Shown here: positions 9,712 through 19,750 of the stretch, in pieces
How positions within the stretch are numbered: the stretch's first letter is position 1
Layout: the number at the start of each line of letters is the position of its first letter
IMG/VR virus record: IMGVR_UViG_2721755758_000001
Location: 1-64,000 of that record
Reading direction: 5' to 3' (one strand)
Length of the DNA stretch: 64,000 nt
Source: a virus
Taxonomy: Duplodnaviria; Caudoviricetes
Translations under genes and position numbers: made by a program
Notes under the pieces: model-generated
What the model was told of the DNA's origin: nothing
Database searches by the model: none
What the model saw: the letters and a program-made list of their open reading frames with translations, nothing else

Positions 9712-10485
9712 ATGAAATATACTATACAAGGATTTAATCACGAAGAAATAATCAATTTACGATTAACAAGTGATGAAATAACTTTATTAAGATGGTTTGT
9801 AGATTTTAGAAATACCGAATCTATGACTGAACATTTTGATAAAGAAGAAAATAGAACTTACTATTGGATACTATATGATAAAGCGATTGAAGATTTGAAA
9901 TATATGTTTACAAGCGACAAAGAGGACTCTAATAAGAAAAAATTACAAAGACTTTTAAATGGAAATTTATCTAAAATACTTGATAAAAAAATAATTAAAA
10001 ATAAAAAGGGAACTTACACATATTTCGCATTAAATAAAAAAGTTTATTCAGAATTATTATCTAAGAGCACCGGACAAAAATGTCTTGTGCAAGAAGAACC
10101 CACTGGACAAAAATGTCCACCCATAAGCACTGGACAAAAATGTCCGATGCCCACTGGACAAAAATGTCCACCCAAAGATACTTCTATTAATATATATTCT
10201 ATTAATAATAATTCTATTAGTAAGTCAAAAATCATTTTTAATTATTTAGAACAAAAAAATATAAGATTATCAAGTATAGATATAGCAAACGTAAATGAAG
10301 ATTTGAATATATACGATAAAGATATTTTTATTAAAGCTATAGATGAAACTATAAGTAAAGATATATTTTCTTATAATTATACTAGAAAAATATTGCAGAG
10401 TTTACATTCTAAAAAACAAAAGAAAGATGAAAATTTAAATAATTTTAATGAGGCAATGCAAAATTTAATACAAAAGGAAGGATAA
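9712..10485 (+). CDS. Phage replication initiator
   Basis: MKYTIQGF N-terminus, internal TGQKC repeats encoded by iterons, upstream of loader and helicase. Confidence 0.85.
   Translation: MKYTIQGFNHEEIINLRLTSDEITLLRWFVDFRNTESMTEHFDKEENRTYYWILYDKAIEDLKYMFTSDKEDSNKKKLQRLLNGNLSKILDKKIIKNKKGTYTYFALNKKVYSELLSKSTGQKCLVQEEPTGQKCPPISTGQKCPMPTGQKCPPKDTSINIYSINNNSISKSKIIFNYLEQKNIRLSSIDIANVNEDLNIYDKDIFIKAIDETISKDIFSYNYTRKILQSLHSKKQKKDENLNNFNEAMQNLIQKEG
10068..10222. repeat. Replication origin: four iterons plus AT-rich region
   Basis: CACYGGACAAAAATGTC at 10068, 10101, 10128, 10152, followed by repeated TTCTATTA. Confidence 0.88.
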
Positions 10486-10488
10486 TTT

Positions 10489-10746
10489 ATGAAAATTAAT
10501 GAATTTGCAGAATTTATGGTATATATAAAGAAATTATTTCCTAGCGTAATATTACCTGATGATGAAGAAGTGATATTAGTATGGTATAAATCATTTGAAG
10601 ATATTTCATTGAAAATAGCAAAAGAAATGGCAAATAATTATTTTTCAAATGAATCAAAAGAATTTAATTATGCAAGATTACTTAAATGTAAGCCTGAGCA
10701 GAGAATTAATGCATCAGCATATGAACCTTTTAAATATGACAACTAG
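10489..10746 (+). CDS. Helicase loader/inhibitor (G39P-like)
   Basis: Size, position between initiator and DnaB, WYKSFEDIS. Confidence 0.65.
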   Translation: MKINEFAEFMVYIKKLFPSVILPDDEEVILVWYKSFEDISLKIAKEMANNYFSNESKEFNYARLLKCKPEQRINASAYEPFKYDN

Positions 10747-10758
10747 GATGTGATTTAA

Positions 10759-12066
10759 ATGGAAATGAAAACTCTACCAAATGATTTAAGATGTGAGCAA
10801 GAGATATTAGAAGCTATGTTTAATAATAAAAATTCTTTAATGAAAGTTATAGATGAAGTTGAAGCTGAAGATTTTTATAAAACTGCACATCAATTACTAT
10901 TTTCTACTATATGCAAAATGTATGGTGAAGGAAAAGAATTAGAATTGACTTTGATAATTGATGAATTAGGGAAAGAGAATATTGAAAAAATAGGTGGAAT
11001 AACATATTTAACAGAAATAATAAGTAATGGGATAACATCTAATATAGAACAATATATAAAGATACTTAAAGATAAATCATATAGAAGGAAATCTATAAAA
11101 GCATTAACTAGAGCACTTGAAGATATGTATGATGAAAGAAACAATCCATATGAGATTTCAGAATTAACAACTAATAAACTTACAGAAAAAGTTGAGAATA
11201 AATCATCAGTAAAAACAGATAGAGAACTGATGGAAGAAACTCTTGTAAAAATAGAAAAAAGAGTAAATCAAGGTGGAGATACTCCAGGGATGCAAACAGG
11301 TATAAAAGATTTAGATAAAGCTACAGGTGGATTTGAAAAAGGGGAATTAAATATAATAGCAGCTAGACCATCAATGGGAAAAACAGTAACAGTATTAAAC
11401 TTATTAGATGGACTTTCCCAAAATGGATATAAAGTATTTTTAGCTGAATTAGAAATGACAGAAGAAGCACTTGGAATAAGAAGACTAGCTAATAATGCTA
11501 CTGTAGAAGCAAATAGAATGAAATTTGGAAATATGCAACAAGAAGATTTTAATAAAATATTACAAGCAGCTAGTATACTTGGACATAGAAATAATATATT
11601 TACTGATTGTACATCTAATCAAAGTTTATTAAATATAAAAAGCAAAGCTAAAGCGATAAAACAATCTCATGGATTAGATGTTGTTATAATAGATCATTTA
11701 ACAATAATGAATATACCTAATAGACAAACAAGAGATGTTGCTATAGGAGAAATAACAAAAGGACTTAAATCATTAGCAAAAGATTTAGAAATATCAGTAA
11801 TACTATTATGCCAACTTTCTCGTGCTCCTGAACAGAGGGCAGATCACAGACCAATGTTATCAGACCTTAGAGAGTCCGGAAATATAGAGCAAGATGCAGA
11901 TACTGTTATTATGCTATATAGAGATGAATATTACAATAAAGAAACAGAAGATAAGAATATAATGGAGTGTATAATAACTAAACAGAGAAATGGGGCGACA
12001 GGGACAGTGAAACTATTCTACAGTTCAGATTATCAAAGGATATGTGACTTAGATATAGTCCACTAA
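10759..12066 (+). CDS. dnaB: Replicative DNA helicase
   Basis: AARPSMGKT, IIDHL, QLSRAPEQRADHRPMLSDLRESGNIEQDAD, KQRNG. Confidence 0.97.
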   Translation: MEMKTLPNDLRCEQEILEAMFNNKNSLMKVIDEVEAEDFYKTAHQLLFSTICKMYGEGKELELTLIIDELGKENIEKIGGITYLTEIISNGITSNIEQYIKILKDKSYRRKSIKALTRALEDMYDERNNPYEISELTTNKLTEKVENKSSVKTDRELMEETLVKIEKRVNQGGDTPGMQTGIKDLDKATGGFEKGELNIIAARPSMGKTVTVLNLLDGLSQNGYKVFLAELEMTEEALGIRRLANNATVEANRMKFGNMQQEDFNKILQAASILGHRNNIFTDCTSNQSLLNIKSKAKAIKQSHGLDVVIIDHLTIMNIPNRQTRDVAIGEITKGLKSLAKDLEISVILLCQLSRAPEQRADHRPMLSDLRESGNIEQDADTVIMLYRDEYYNKETEDKNIMECIITKQRNGATGTVKLFYSSDYQRICDLDIVH

Positions 12067-12272
12067 TAATTATGGATATAAAAGATAGAATTATGAGAAT
12101 TAAAAAAATATATAATAAAGCATCTAAAGAAACAAAGATAGAAATTGGTAATATTATCGGAGGTTACTATGATAATAGGGTACCTAAAACAAATGAAACA
12201 CCAGATAAATGAATTAAAGCATAAGAAGAATGCAAGCTAATAAATAATTAGCCTATTTAAACACGCACATCG

Positions 12273-12289
12273 GTTTTGTGATACAAAAC
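12273..12289. promoter_or_regulatory. Operator copy
   Basis: GTTTTGTGATACAAAAC. Confidence 0.85.
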
Positions 12290-12360
12290 TAGAAACACTA
12301 ATGATAAATCTATCAAGAGAAAAAATAAAAGCCTTAGAATGGCAAATAAAGGGGTTTATC

Positions 12361-12501
12361 ATGAGTAAAGAAATTGCAAAAGTTATAAAAGAAAATAATG
12401 TTAATGAAAAAGATATTAAGAAAATAGTTGATATTTATATGAGCATAAAAGAAAGTGTAGTTACATTAGAGAATTTTATGGAAGCCTACAAAAAATTATG
12501 A
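12361..12501 (+). CDS. 46-aa protein resembling the 3639 peptide
   Basis: RBS GGGG before ATG 12361; IAKVIKENNVNEKDIKKIVDIY. Confidence 0.6.
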   Translation: MSKEIAKVIKENNVNEKDIKKIVDIYMSIKESVVTLENFMEAYKKL

Positions 12502-12788
12502 ATGAAGAAGATATAAAGCTATATGAAGATATAGTAATCAGACATAGAAATCTTAGAAGTAATGATCCGGACTACGCTTTCAAATTGTCAATAGACTCAC
12601 TGCAGATATATAACTATTTTTCTGAGATAAAAATGAACATAAAGAAAAGTCTTAAAAGAGGAGAACAGCCTTATCTAAAAGATAGGTTAGAAGAATGTTG
12701 CAAAATACTTTTTGAAATATATAACTTCTCTAAAATTATTTGGAGACAGGCAAAAGAAGATTATAGAAACAATAAGGAAGATCTATGA
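12498..12788 (+). CDS. Hypothetical protein
   Basis: Overlapping start/stop codons on both sides. Confidence 0.65.
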   Translation: MNEEDIKLYEDIVIRHRNLRSNDPDYAFKLSIDSLQIYNYFSEIKMNIKKSLKRGEQPYLKDRLEECCKILFEIYNFSKIIWRQAKEDYRNNKEDL

Positions 12789-13354
12789 AAGTCTTAATCA
12801 TAAAGGGAGAAAAGATAGAATTAACAGAAGATGAATGCATAAAACAATTTGAAAAATTAGCATGTAAGTATGCAAATAAGTTTATCGATTATGATTTTGA
12901 TGAAATGAAACAACTATCATATATAGCTATATGGAAAGCTTATAAGAAATATGATGCTGATAAAGGTAATGAATTTATTACACTAGCAACAAAATGTATC
13001 TATAATGATTTATTAAGCTATACCAGTAAAAGAAGCATAGCAGCTATGTATAGTTTAGATAAGAATGTACTAGGACAAAAAGGTTTTGATAGAAGTTATG
13101 ACTTTTATGAAATTGTAGATAATGAAATGTATTATATACAACAAGTGATTGACAAAGTTTTTATAGAAGAAATAGAAAAATTTGTGAAGCAGAGCAGAAG
13201 TGAAAATAGATATAGAGTATTTGAACTTTTAAAACAAGAAAAAACAAATGATGAAATAGCAGCAAAACTTGGATTCACGCATCAAAATGCTACAAGAATA
13301 AGAAAAGAATTAATTAAATCAGTCAGAAAGGAATTTGATGGAATAAATGGGTAA
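12785..13354 (+). CDS. Sigma-70-family factor 1 (regions 2 and 4)
   Basis: FDEMKQLSYIAIWKAYKKYD..KGNEFITLA; C-terminal HTH. Confidence 0.8.
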   Translation: MKVLIIKGEKIELTEDECIKQFEKLACKYANKFIDYDFDEMKQLSYIAIWKAYKKYDADKGNEFITLATKCIYNDLLSYTSKRSIAAMYSLDKNVLGQKGFDRSYDFYEIVDNEMYYIQQVIDKVFIEEIEKFVKQSRSENRYRVFELLKQEKTNDEIAAKLGFTHQNATRIRKELIKSVRKEFDGING

Positions 13355-13916
13355 GGAAATTTTAATAGGTGGAAAGATAGAGCTCCTTACAGAAGATGAA
13401 GTTTGTATTAAATTTAAACCTATGATAATTAAGGAGGTTAAATCTTGGAGCAAATATTATGACTATGATGATATGTTTCAGATTTCGTATATAGGATTAT
13501 TAAAAGCTTATAGGAAATATGATATTAAATTTGGATATAGTTTTTCTACAGTAGCAATTTCTTATATAAGGTATGAAATGTTAAGAGAAACAAGAACTGA
13601 AAGAAGAAGAAAGAAAAAAGGAAAAGTTATATTCTTAAGTTTAAATAAAGTAATAGGGTTTAGCAATAATATTCCAGTTGAAATTGTAGATATTTCAAAA
13701 GATAAAGAAAACATCATAGATAAAGTAGAAAATAAAATATTTTTAACAAAAATAATTAATTCATTGCCAAAAGAAGAAAAGAGAATTATTAAATTAATTT
13801 ATATGGAAGATAAAACTCAAGTTCAAGTAGCAAAAGAATTGGATATTACTCAAGTTCAAGTTTCTAGAAAACTAAAAAGAATATTTAAAAATATAAGAGA
13901 GCAATTAGGAGCATGA
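13347..13916 (+). CDS. Sigma-70-family factor 2, SigF/SigG-like
   Basis: DDMFQISYIGLLKAYRKYD...FSTVA; DKTQVQVAKELDITQVQVSR. Confidence 0.88.
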   Translation: MGKEILIGGKIELLTEDEVCIKFKPMIIKEVKSWSKYYDYDDMFQISYIGLLKAYRKYDIKFGYSFSTVAISYIRYEMLRETRTERRRKKKGKVIFLSLNKVIGFSNNIPVEIVDISKDKENIIDKVENKIFLTKIINSLPKEEKRIIKLIYMEDKTQVQVAKELDITQVQVSRKLKRIFKNIREQLGA

Positions 13917-14482
13917 AGAGGTTACTTATAGATGGGAAAATAGTTGAAGCAACAGAAGAAGAAATAGTTAGTAATAAAATTATTAAAAAAATAGCTTATA
14001 AATATATTCATCAGTGGGATAGAAAGTATGAATTTGATGATTTAGTTCAAATAGCAAATATAGGAATTATAAAAGCTTTTAGAACAGTAGAAAATGAAAA
14101 CCGAGAATTTACATGCTATGTAGATTTAATAATTAAAAGAGAAATAATACGATACAGCAGAGATTTATGTAGGAAAAAGAGAAGTACAGAAAATTTAATG
14201 AGTTTAAATTATTCTCCTTGTCAAGAAGGAACTATAGAAGAAATCACATCAGATTCAAAAAATATGGAAGAAGAAATAATAAATAAACTTTTAATAGAAA
14301 AAGTAATTAACACCATCGAAAAAAGTCTTAAAGAAAAAGAGAAAATAGTGTATAGAGAATATTTTTTAAAGGGAAGAGACATCTATGATATATCAACAGA
14401 GTTAGGATGTAGCCATCAGTATGGATATAGGCTTAAAAATCAAATCAATAATAAAATTAAAAAAATAGTAGGAGAGTGTTAA
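13913..14482 (+). CDS. Sigma-70-family factor 3
   Basis: FDDLVQIANIGIIKAF; C-terminal HTH. Confidence 0.82.
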   Translation: MKRLLIDGKIVEATEEEIVSNKIIKKIAYKYIHQWDRKYEFDDLVQIANIGIIKAFRTVENENREFTCYVDLIIKREIIRYSRDLCRKKRSTENLMSLNYSPCQEGTIEEITSDSKNMEEEIINKLLIEKVINTIEKSLKEKEKIVYREYFLKGRDIYDISTELGCSHQYGYRLKNQINNKIKKIVGEC

Positions 14483-14787
14483 TTATGAAATTACAACCAA
14501 AAGAAATTGAAAGAGAAATAATAGAAGAAATGACAATTACAAAAGAAAAAAGAATCCATGTATACAATGTTGAAGGAGAATATTGGGTAAGTCCATGGAC
14601 AAAAGAAGTGACTAATAACTGGATAGAAGAAGAAACTGGAGAATATGATCGCGACATTAAGGAAATGGAAAATGATGAATGTGTATATACAAATTGTACT
14701 CATATAAGAATGGGGATAGATGAAATCAAAGAAGAATTTGCTGGAATAGAAAAACCATATTTATTATGCTGGGGAAACAATAGATAG
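14476..14787 (+). CDS. Hypothetical protein
   Basis: ORF within operon, RBS. Confidence 0.6.
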   Translation: MLIMKLQPKEIEREIIEEMTITKEKRIHVYNVEGEYWVSPWTKEVTNNWIEEETGEYDRDIKEMENDECVYTNCTHIRMGIDEIKEEFAGIEKPYLLCWGNNR

Positions 14788-14798
14788 GGGGAAGCAGT

Positions 14799-14942
14799 AT
14801 GAAGTGGGGAATTTTTCTTAAGACAGTAAAAGGAGAAAAACTTTTAGAATCATCTAGCAATTTATATGCAAGTATAGATAGACAAATATATTTTAGTAAG
14901 ATACATGGAGCGGAAAATATAATCAGGAGAAAAATAAGTTAG
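14799..14942 (+). CDS. Hypothetical protein, 47 aa (not in ORF track)
   Basis: RBS AGGGGG; MKWGIFLKTVKGEKLLE. Confidence 0.55.
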   Translation: MKWGIFLKTVKGEKLLESSSNLYASIDRQIYFSKIHGAENIIRRKIS

Positions 14943-14970
14943 TAATATTGGTCAGAAAGGGTGTAGGAAG

Positions 14971-15519
14971 ATGAAAGAGTATACATGTAAAAAATCAACA
15001 TGTGAAAAATATGATATTAGATTTAATCGTGGTGAGTGGGCCTTTATAACAATAGATGAATCAACAGGATTATTTCAGGCTCATAGTAGTTTTGGAGATT
15101 ATAACTATTCATGGCCATGTCATGGTAGAGAAAGTTTTAAACATTTCGTTTTAGAACTTGCAGAGGATTCTTATTATTTTCTAGGTAAAGTGTCAAAAGA
15201 AGATTATTTTTATGCAGATAAAACTGAAGAGTTATGGAAAAAACAAATCATAAACGATAGACGTGAAGGGGACTTAAATCAAGAACAGGCTAGAGAATTA
15301 TGGGATATTGTTAATAAAATAGAATTCTATTCGGCTGAAGGATGCCAAAGAGAATTATATGATAATAAAATTGTATGGGAATTATATAGTGAACCTTGGT
15401 GCTATTTTGAAGCAGTAGTTGATTATTCTCCTAGCGCAAAGTATTTTGCTAAAAATATTATGCCAATGCTTGCAGAAACAATTAAAAAAGAACTAGAACA
15501 AAGTGAGGTAGAACAGTAA
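14971..15519 (+). CDS. Hypothetical phage protein
   Basis: 182-aa ORF, RBS. Confidence 0.7.
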   Translation: MKEYTCKKSTCEKYDIRFNRGEWAFITIDESTGLFQAHSSFGDYNYSWPCHGRESFKHFVLELAEDSYYFLGKVSKEDYFYADKTEELWKKQIINDRREGDLNQEQARELWDIVNKIEFYSAEGCQRELYDNKIVWELYSEPWCYFEAVVDYSPSAKYFAKNIMPMLAETIKKELEQSEVEQ

Positions 15520-16040
15520 TGGTAAAAGTAGAAATAGAAAAAGGAAATATAAAAGAATGTGAATACAAGGGTATGGCAGGAGAAGTACTCGGAGAATTAG
15601 CAGTAGTTATAGATTCGGTTATATCTGATATAGGATCTAAATCAAATAAAAGTAAGGAATATATATTAGATGCTACAGTGGAGGAATTAAAAAAGATATG
15701 GAGACATCTTGACCTAGAAAAAAGAGTTGATTTTTATGAATTTAACAATTATGAGTATTATGCATTAATTGCAGTTGATAAAAATTGTAGGGATCCTAAA
15801 GGGATTGCAATAGAAGAGTATTCTAAGCAAGTTGCAGATATAGAGGAAGAAGAAAAAGAAAATACACCGGATGTAGTGACAGGAGAGCATGCACTTGAAA
15901 GATATAAAAAGAGTGAGCACATTGAAGGATGTAACACTGAAGAAGATAAAATAGAAGATTTTTATTATCAAATAAGTTTAATAGATACTATTAAATATAA
16001 TCCATACTGCATTTTATTGGTGGATGGAAGTTTACTTTAA
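15519..16040 (+). CDS. Hypothetical phage protein
   Basis: TAATG coupling to upstream gene. Confidence 0.7.
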   Translation: MVKVEIEKGNIKECEYKGMAGEVLGELAVVIDSVISDIGSKSNKSKEYILDATVEELKKIWRHLDLEKRVDFYEFNNYEYYALIAVDKNCRDPKGIAIEEYSKQVADIEEEEKENTPDVVTGEHALERYKKSEHIEGCNTEEDKIEDFYYQISLIDTIKYNPYCILLVDGSLL

Positions 16041-16073
16041 TTCAGAATATGTGCATAGAAAGGAGTGAATATA

Positions 16074-16232
16074 ATGTTATTTGATAGAACTTTAGATCTT
16101 ATGAATAAATATGGAAAATGTCCTGAATGCGGAAATGGTGAAGGTAAGTTATTAATAGATGAGGATGTATTTACAAGAGAATGTAAGTGTGGTTGGAGTA
16201 TTAAGATTGATGATAGTAATAAATCAAAGTAA
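16074..16232 (+). CDS. Small zinc-ribbon protein, DUF3797-like (not in ORF track)
   Basis: RBS AGGAG; CPECGNGEG...FTRECKCGW. Confidence 0.7.
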   Translation: MLFDRTLDLMNKYGKCPECGNGEGKLLIDEDVFTRECKCGWSIKIDDSNKSK

Positions 16233-16261
16233 TTCGGAATGTACGGAAAGGACGAAGCAAT

Positions 16262-16642
16262 ATGAAAGCTTATACAATATATGAGTATAGCGATTGGGGA
16301 TTCACAGAACATGAAGAATATGCTCTTAAATATGATAAAGCTATACAAATATTAAATTCAAAAGTAAAAGACGCTATAAGAAAAAACAAAGAGGATTTAG
16401 CAACAGGGAATGACTTTGGAGAATTTGTACAAGATACAAGGAAATATATTAATGATTCAAAATCTTTTAGGGAGGATGATAGAGTTATAGTGTGTAGGCA
16501 CGAACCTTATGTAATGACCTATAGTGAAGATGAAAAAGAAATTGCAGTTGTGATTCCAGTATGGGAAAAGACATCATATGAATATGAAGAATATGACGTA
16601 AGAGTAATAAAATTTATTCTTAAAGAAATAGAAATTCAATAG
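16262..16642 (+). CDS. Hypothetical protein
   Basis: 126-aa ORF, RBS. Confidence 0.65.
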   Translation: MKAYTIYEYSDWGFTEHEEYALKYDKAIQILNSKVKDAIRKNKEDLATGNDFGEFVQDTRKYINDSKSFREDDRVIVCRHEPYVMTYSEDEKEIAVVIPVWEKTSYEYEEYDVRVIKFILKEIEIQ

Positions 16643-16670
16643 TTCGAAATACTTTAAAAATGAGAAAAAA

Positions 16671-16895
16671 ATGAACAGAAAACAATTAGAACAATATTTT
16701 AAAAAATATGTAAAAATAAAACTGTTTGATGGAGAAGAAATTGAAGGTTATTTAAGAAAAAGTGGGGAAGATGACTTTAAAAATAATCCTGATTTATTCA
16801 TTCCTAAAAATTATTATTTTTTAGTAGATAAAGGGTTAAATTATACATCTTGTTTATTCAAAGTATCTCATATACGAAAAATAGAAATTATGTAG
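16671..16895 (+). CDS. Hypothetical protein, possibly Sm/SH3-like fold
   Basis: KYVKIKLFDGEEIEGYL...FKVSHIRKIE. Confidence 0.6.
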   Translation: MNRKQLEQYFKKYVKIKLFDGEEIEGYLRKSGEDDFKNNPDLFIPKNYYFLVDKGLNYTSCLFKVSHIRKIEIM

Positions 16896-16910
16896 AAAGG
16901 GTAAAGAAAA

Positions 16911-17735
16911 ATGTATAAAGCAAATAAAATTTATAGAAGAAACTTAGAGAATCTAATAAATTCAGAATATACAACAAAAGGACATAAAGTAAGGCCTAAA
17001 TATAGTGATGGAGTTGCTGCTCATACAAAGTTTATAAATAATGTTTCAGATACGTATGATATATCAAAAGGAGAATTTCCAATAGATAATTTTAGACCAG
17101 TAGCTTGGAAATCTGCAATAAATGAAGTATTAGTAATATATCAAAGTCAGTCTAATAAACTAGAAGATTTTCATGACAAGAATATAAAATTTTGGGATGA
17201 ATGGGATATAGGTGATGGAACCATAGGGCAAAGATACGGTGCAACTGTTAAAAAATATGACTTAATGAATAAATTGATAACTGGATTAAAAGAAGAACCA
17301 TATAGTCGTAGACATATAATCAATATGTATCAATATTCAGATTTTAAAGAAACAAAAGGTTTAAATCCATGCGTTTATGAAACTGTATGGAATGTCAGAG
17401 GACCATATTTAGATGTATTTATAAATCAACGATCAAGTGATTATGTGACATCTGAATGTATTAATAGATTACAATACTGTGCTCTGTTAATGATGGTTGC
17501 TAAGTCGGTTGGATTAAAGCCGGGATTATTTACTTATAATGTGTGTAATATGCATCTATATGACAGGCATGAAAATAATGCTAAGGAACTATTATCGAGA
17601 AATCCAGCTAATAAGCAGCCTAAATTAATACTTGATACTAATAAAACAGATTTCTATTCATTTACGATTGATGATTTTAAATTAATAGATTTTGAATGTT
17701 ATTATCCTCAACTTAAATTTGAGTTAGCAATATAA
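16911..17735 (+). CDS. thyA: Thymidylate synthase
   Basis: IGQRYG, PYSRRHI, catalytic PC, QRSSD, HLYDRH. Confidence 0.93.
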   Translation: MYKANKIYRRNLENLINSEYTTKGHKVRPKYSDGVAAHTKFINNVSDTYDISKGEFPIDNFRPVAWKSAINEVLVIYQSQSNKLEDFHDKNIKFWDEWDIGDGTIGQRYGATVKKYDLMNKLITGLKEEPYSRRHIINMYQYSDFKETKGLNPCVYETVWNVRGPYLDVFINQRSSDYVTSECINRLQYCALLMMVAKSVGLKPGLFTYNVCNMHLYDRHENNAKELLSRNPANKQPKLILDTNKTDFYSFTIDDFKLIDFECYYPQLKFELAI

Positions 17736-17750
17736 AAAGTGGGTGATGGA

Positions 17751-18248
17751 ATGATATTAGCAATAGATCCAGGCGATATGGAAAGCGGAGTTGTAATTCT
17801 AGAAGAGCAGACATTAAAACCTATTTTTGCAGAAAAAATGGACAATGAGGAACTTTTAAAATATATTTATGAAAAATTAGAGCCATTTAATCTATATTTC
17901 CATGTAGCAATAGAAATGATCGCAAGTTATGGAATGCCTGTTGGAGTAGAAGTATTTGAAACATGTGTATGGATAGGAAGATTCAAAGAAGCAATACTTA
18001 ATGTTTATCCTGGCGTCGAAATTGAGTATATATACAGAAAAGATGAAAAAATGAATTTATGTCAAAGCATGAAAGCTAATGATGCAACAATAAAACAAGC
18101 ATTAGTTGATAGATTTGCACCAGGACAAAAGAACTATGGAAAAGGTACAAAGAAAAATCCTGGATTCTTTTATGGATTCAAAGTTGATATATGGGCTGCA
18201 ATGGCAGTAGGAGTTACTTATTATGATATGTATTTGAAGAATAACTAA
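17751..18248 (+). CDS. RuvC-like (RNase H fold) resolvase
   Basis: ILAIDPG, VAIEMIASYG, DIWAAMAVG. Confidence 0.75.
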   Translation: MILAIDPGDMESGVVILEEQTLKPIFAEKMDNEELLKYIYEKLEPFNLYFHVAIEMIASYGMPVGVEVFETCVWIGRFKEAILNVYPGVEIEYIYRKDEKMNLCQSMKANDATIKQALVDRFAPGQKNYGKGTKKNPGFFYGFKVDIWAAMAVGVTYYDMYLKNN

Positions 18249-18333
18249 ATTTATAAATGAACTTAAAAAGAGGTGTACAAAAGATAAAAAATGAGATTAT
18301 TAATAAGTTTAGTTGAGGTGTTAGAATTATAAT

Positions 18334-18957
18334 ATGGGTAAAATAGAAGATCTTAAAGGAATGCGATATGGAAAATTAACTGTAATTAAATTCGTGGAAA
18401 TAAATAAAAATCATAGAGCTTCATAGCTATGCAAGTGTGATTGTGGTAAGGAAAAGCTGGTAGCGTCACATGATTTAAAGCATGGAATAAAAAGTTGTGG
18501 ATGCTTAAAAAAAGAAAATAAAGTTTTAAATAAAAGAATACACAATATATGGAACAATATGATAAATAGATGCTGCAATCCCAATAATAAAAGATATTAT
18601 GATTACGGAGGAAGAGGAATAAAACTTTGCAGTGAATGGAGAAACAAATACAAGAATTTTGAAAAATGGGCATTAAACAATGGATATTCAGATGATTTAA
18701 CTATAGATAGGAAAGATAACAACAAAGGATATTATCCAAAAAACTGTAGATGGATTACACGTAAAGAAAACTCAAGAAATATGAGAAATAACCGTTTCAT
18801 AACAATAGACGGATGTAAAAAAACATTACAAGAATGGTCTGAAATATATAGTATAAGGTCTTGTACTGTAGCAACAAGGATAAGAAGAGGATGGAATGAA
18901 ATAGAAGCTGTAACAACACCAGTAAAAAATAAAAAAGGAAAAGTTTTAAATGGATAA
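18334..18957 (+). pseudogene. HNH-type endonuclease with in-frame TAG at 18424-18426
   Basis: YGKLTVI...S*LCKCDCG...KSCGC...LTIDRKDNNKGYYPKNCRW, all in one frame. Confidence 0.85.
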
Positions 18958-19327
18958 TTGCGTATGTTTTATATGTGGATGTATGGCATTATCCTTGCAT
19001 CACATAATAAAGAGATCAAAACTAAAAGGTCTTACTAATTGTAAACATAATATGGTTCCATTGTGTGAATATCATCATTACCAGCTTCATCATGGAAGTG
19101 GACAGGAATTAGAAGAAAGATTAAGAAGAGAATTTTTAAATTATTTGCAGATAAGTTTTTTAAAAGATTATATAGACTATAAAGATATAAAAGAGGTACT
19201 TAATATAAGTGATAAGCAATTAAGAGGTATATTAAAGATAGTTAAGCAAAAGAATGGAGAGTATGAAAGAAGAAGTTTAATTTTCGAATTAATGGGTGGA
19301 TATCTATTAAATAGCGAAGAAATATGA
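18950..19327 (+). CDS. HNH endonuclease
   Basis: CFICG...HHII...NMVPLCEYHH. Confidence 0.8.
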   Translation: MDNCVCFICGCMALSLHHIIKRSKLKGLTNCKHNMVPLCEYHHYQLHHGSGQELEERLRREFLNYLQISFLKDYIDYKDIKEVLNISDKQLRGILKIVKQKNGEYERRSLIFELMGGYLLNSEEI

Positions 19328-19683
19328 AGAGGAGTGTGTTGAAAATGCTTGGTATATTTGGCAGAACAGTATTTATGGCTGAAGCTGAAATTAAAAAAGA
19401 AGAAGATTATATAAAATCAATAGTTGATAAGAGAATTGAAGAAAAAATTGGAGAGATAATCAACAAGATACGTGAAAATCAAAGCAATGCAAATTCAGAA
19501 GAAAGAGAAATCTCATTTAAAGAAGCTATTACTCAAAGCAGAAAGATAAAGGTTAAGAGTACTACATGGGAATGGGCAAATGAATTTATATCAGTATCAG
19601 ATATGTTATATCATTTAAGCATGTGTGATAATCAATATAGAAATACATTAATCAATAAATGCAGATGGTATGTAGAAATATAA
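19324..19683 (+). CDS. Hypothetical protein
   Basis: ORF within operon; C-terminus resembles that of 30945-31370. Confidence 0.6.
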   Translation: MKRSVLKMLGIFGRTVFMAEAEIKKEEDYIKSIVDKRIEEKIGEIINKIRENQSNANSEEREISFKEAITQSRKIKVKSTTWEWANEFISVSDMLYHLSMCDNQYRNTLINKCRWYVEI

Positions 19684-19750
19684 ATAAGAGAACGTAGAAT
19701 GAAAGTATTTAAAACAAAAAAATAAAATACTAAAATTTTTGAGGTGACAC

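Noticed and set aside
16911-18957. Group I intron or intein in thyA or dnaB
   Set aside because: thyA and dnaB (10759-12066) are uninterrupted and of normal length; the HNH genes are free-standing
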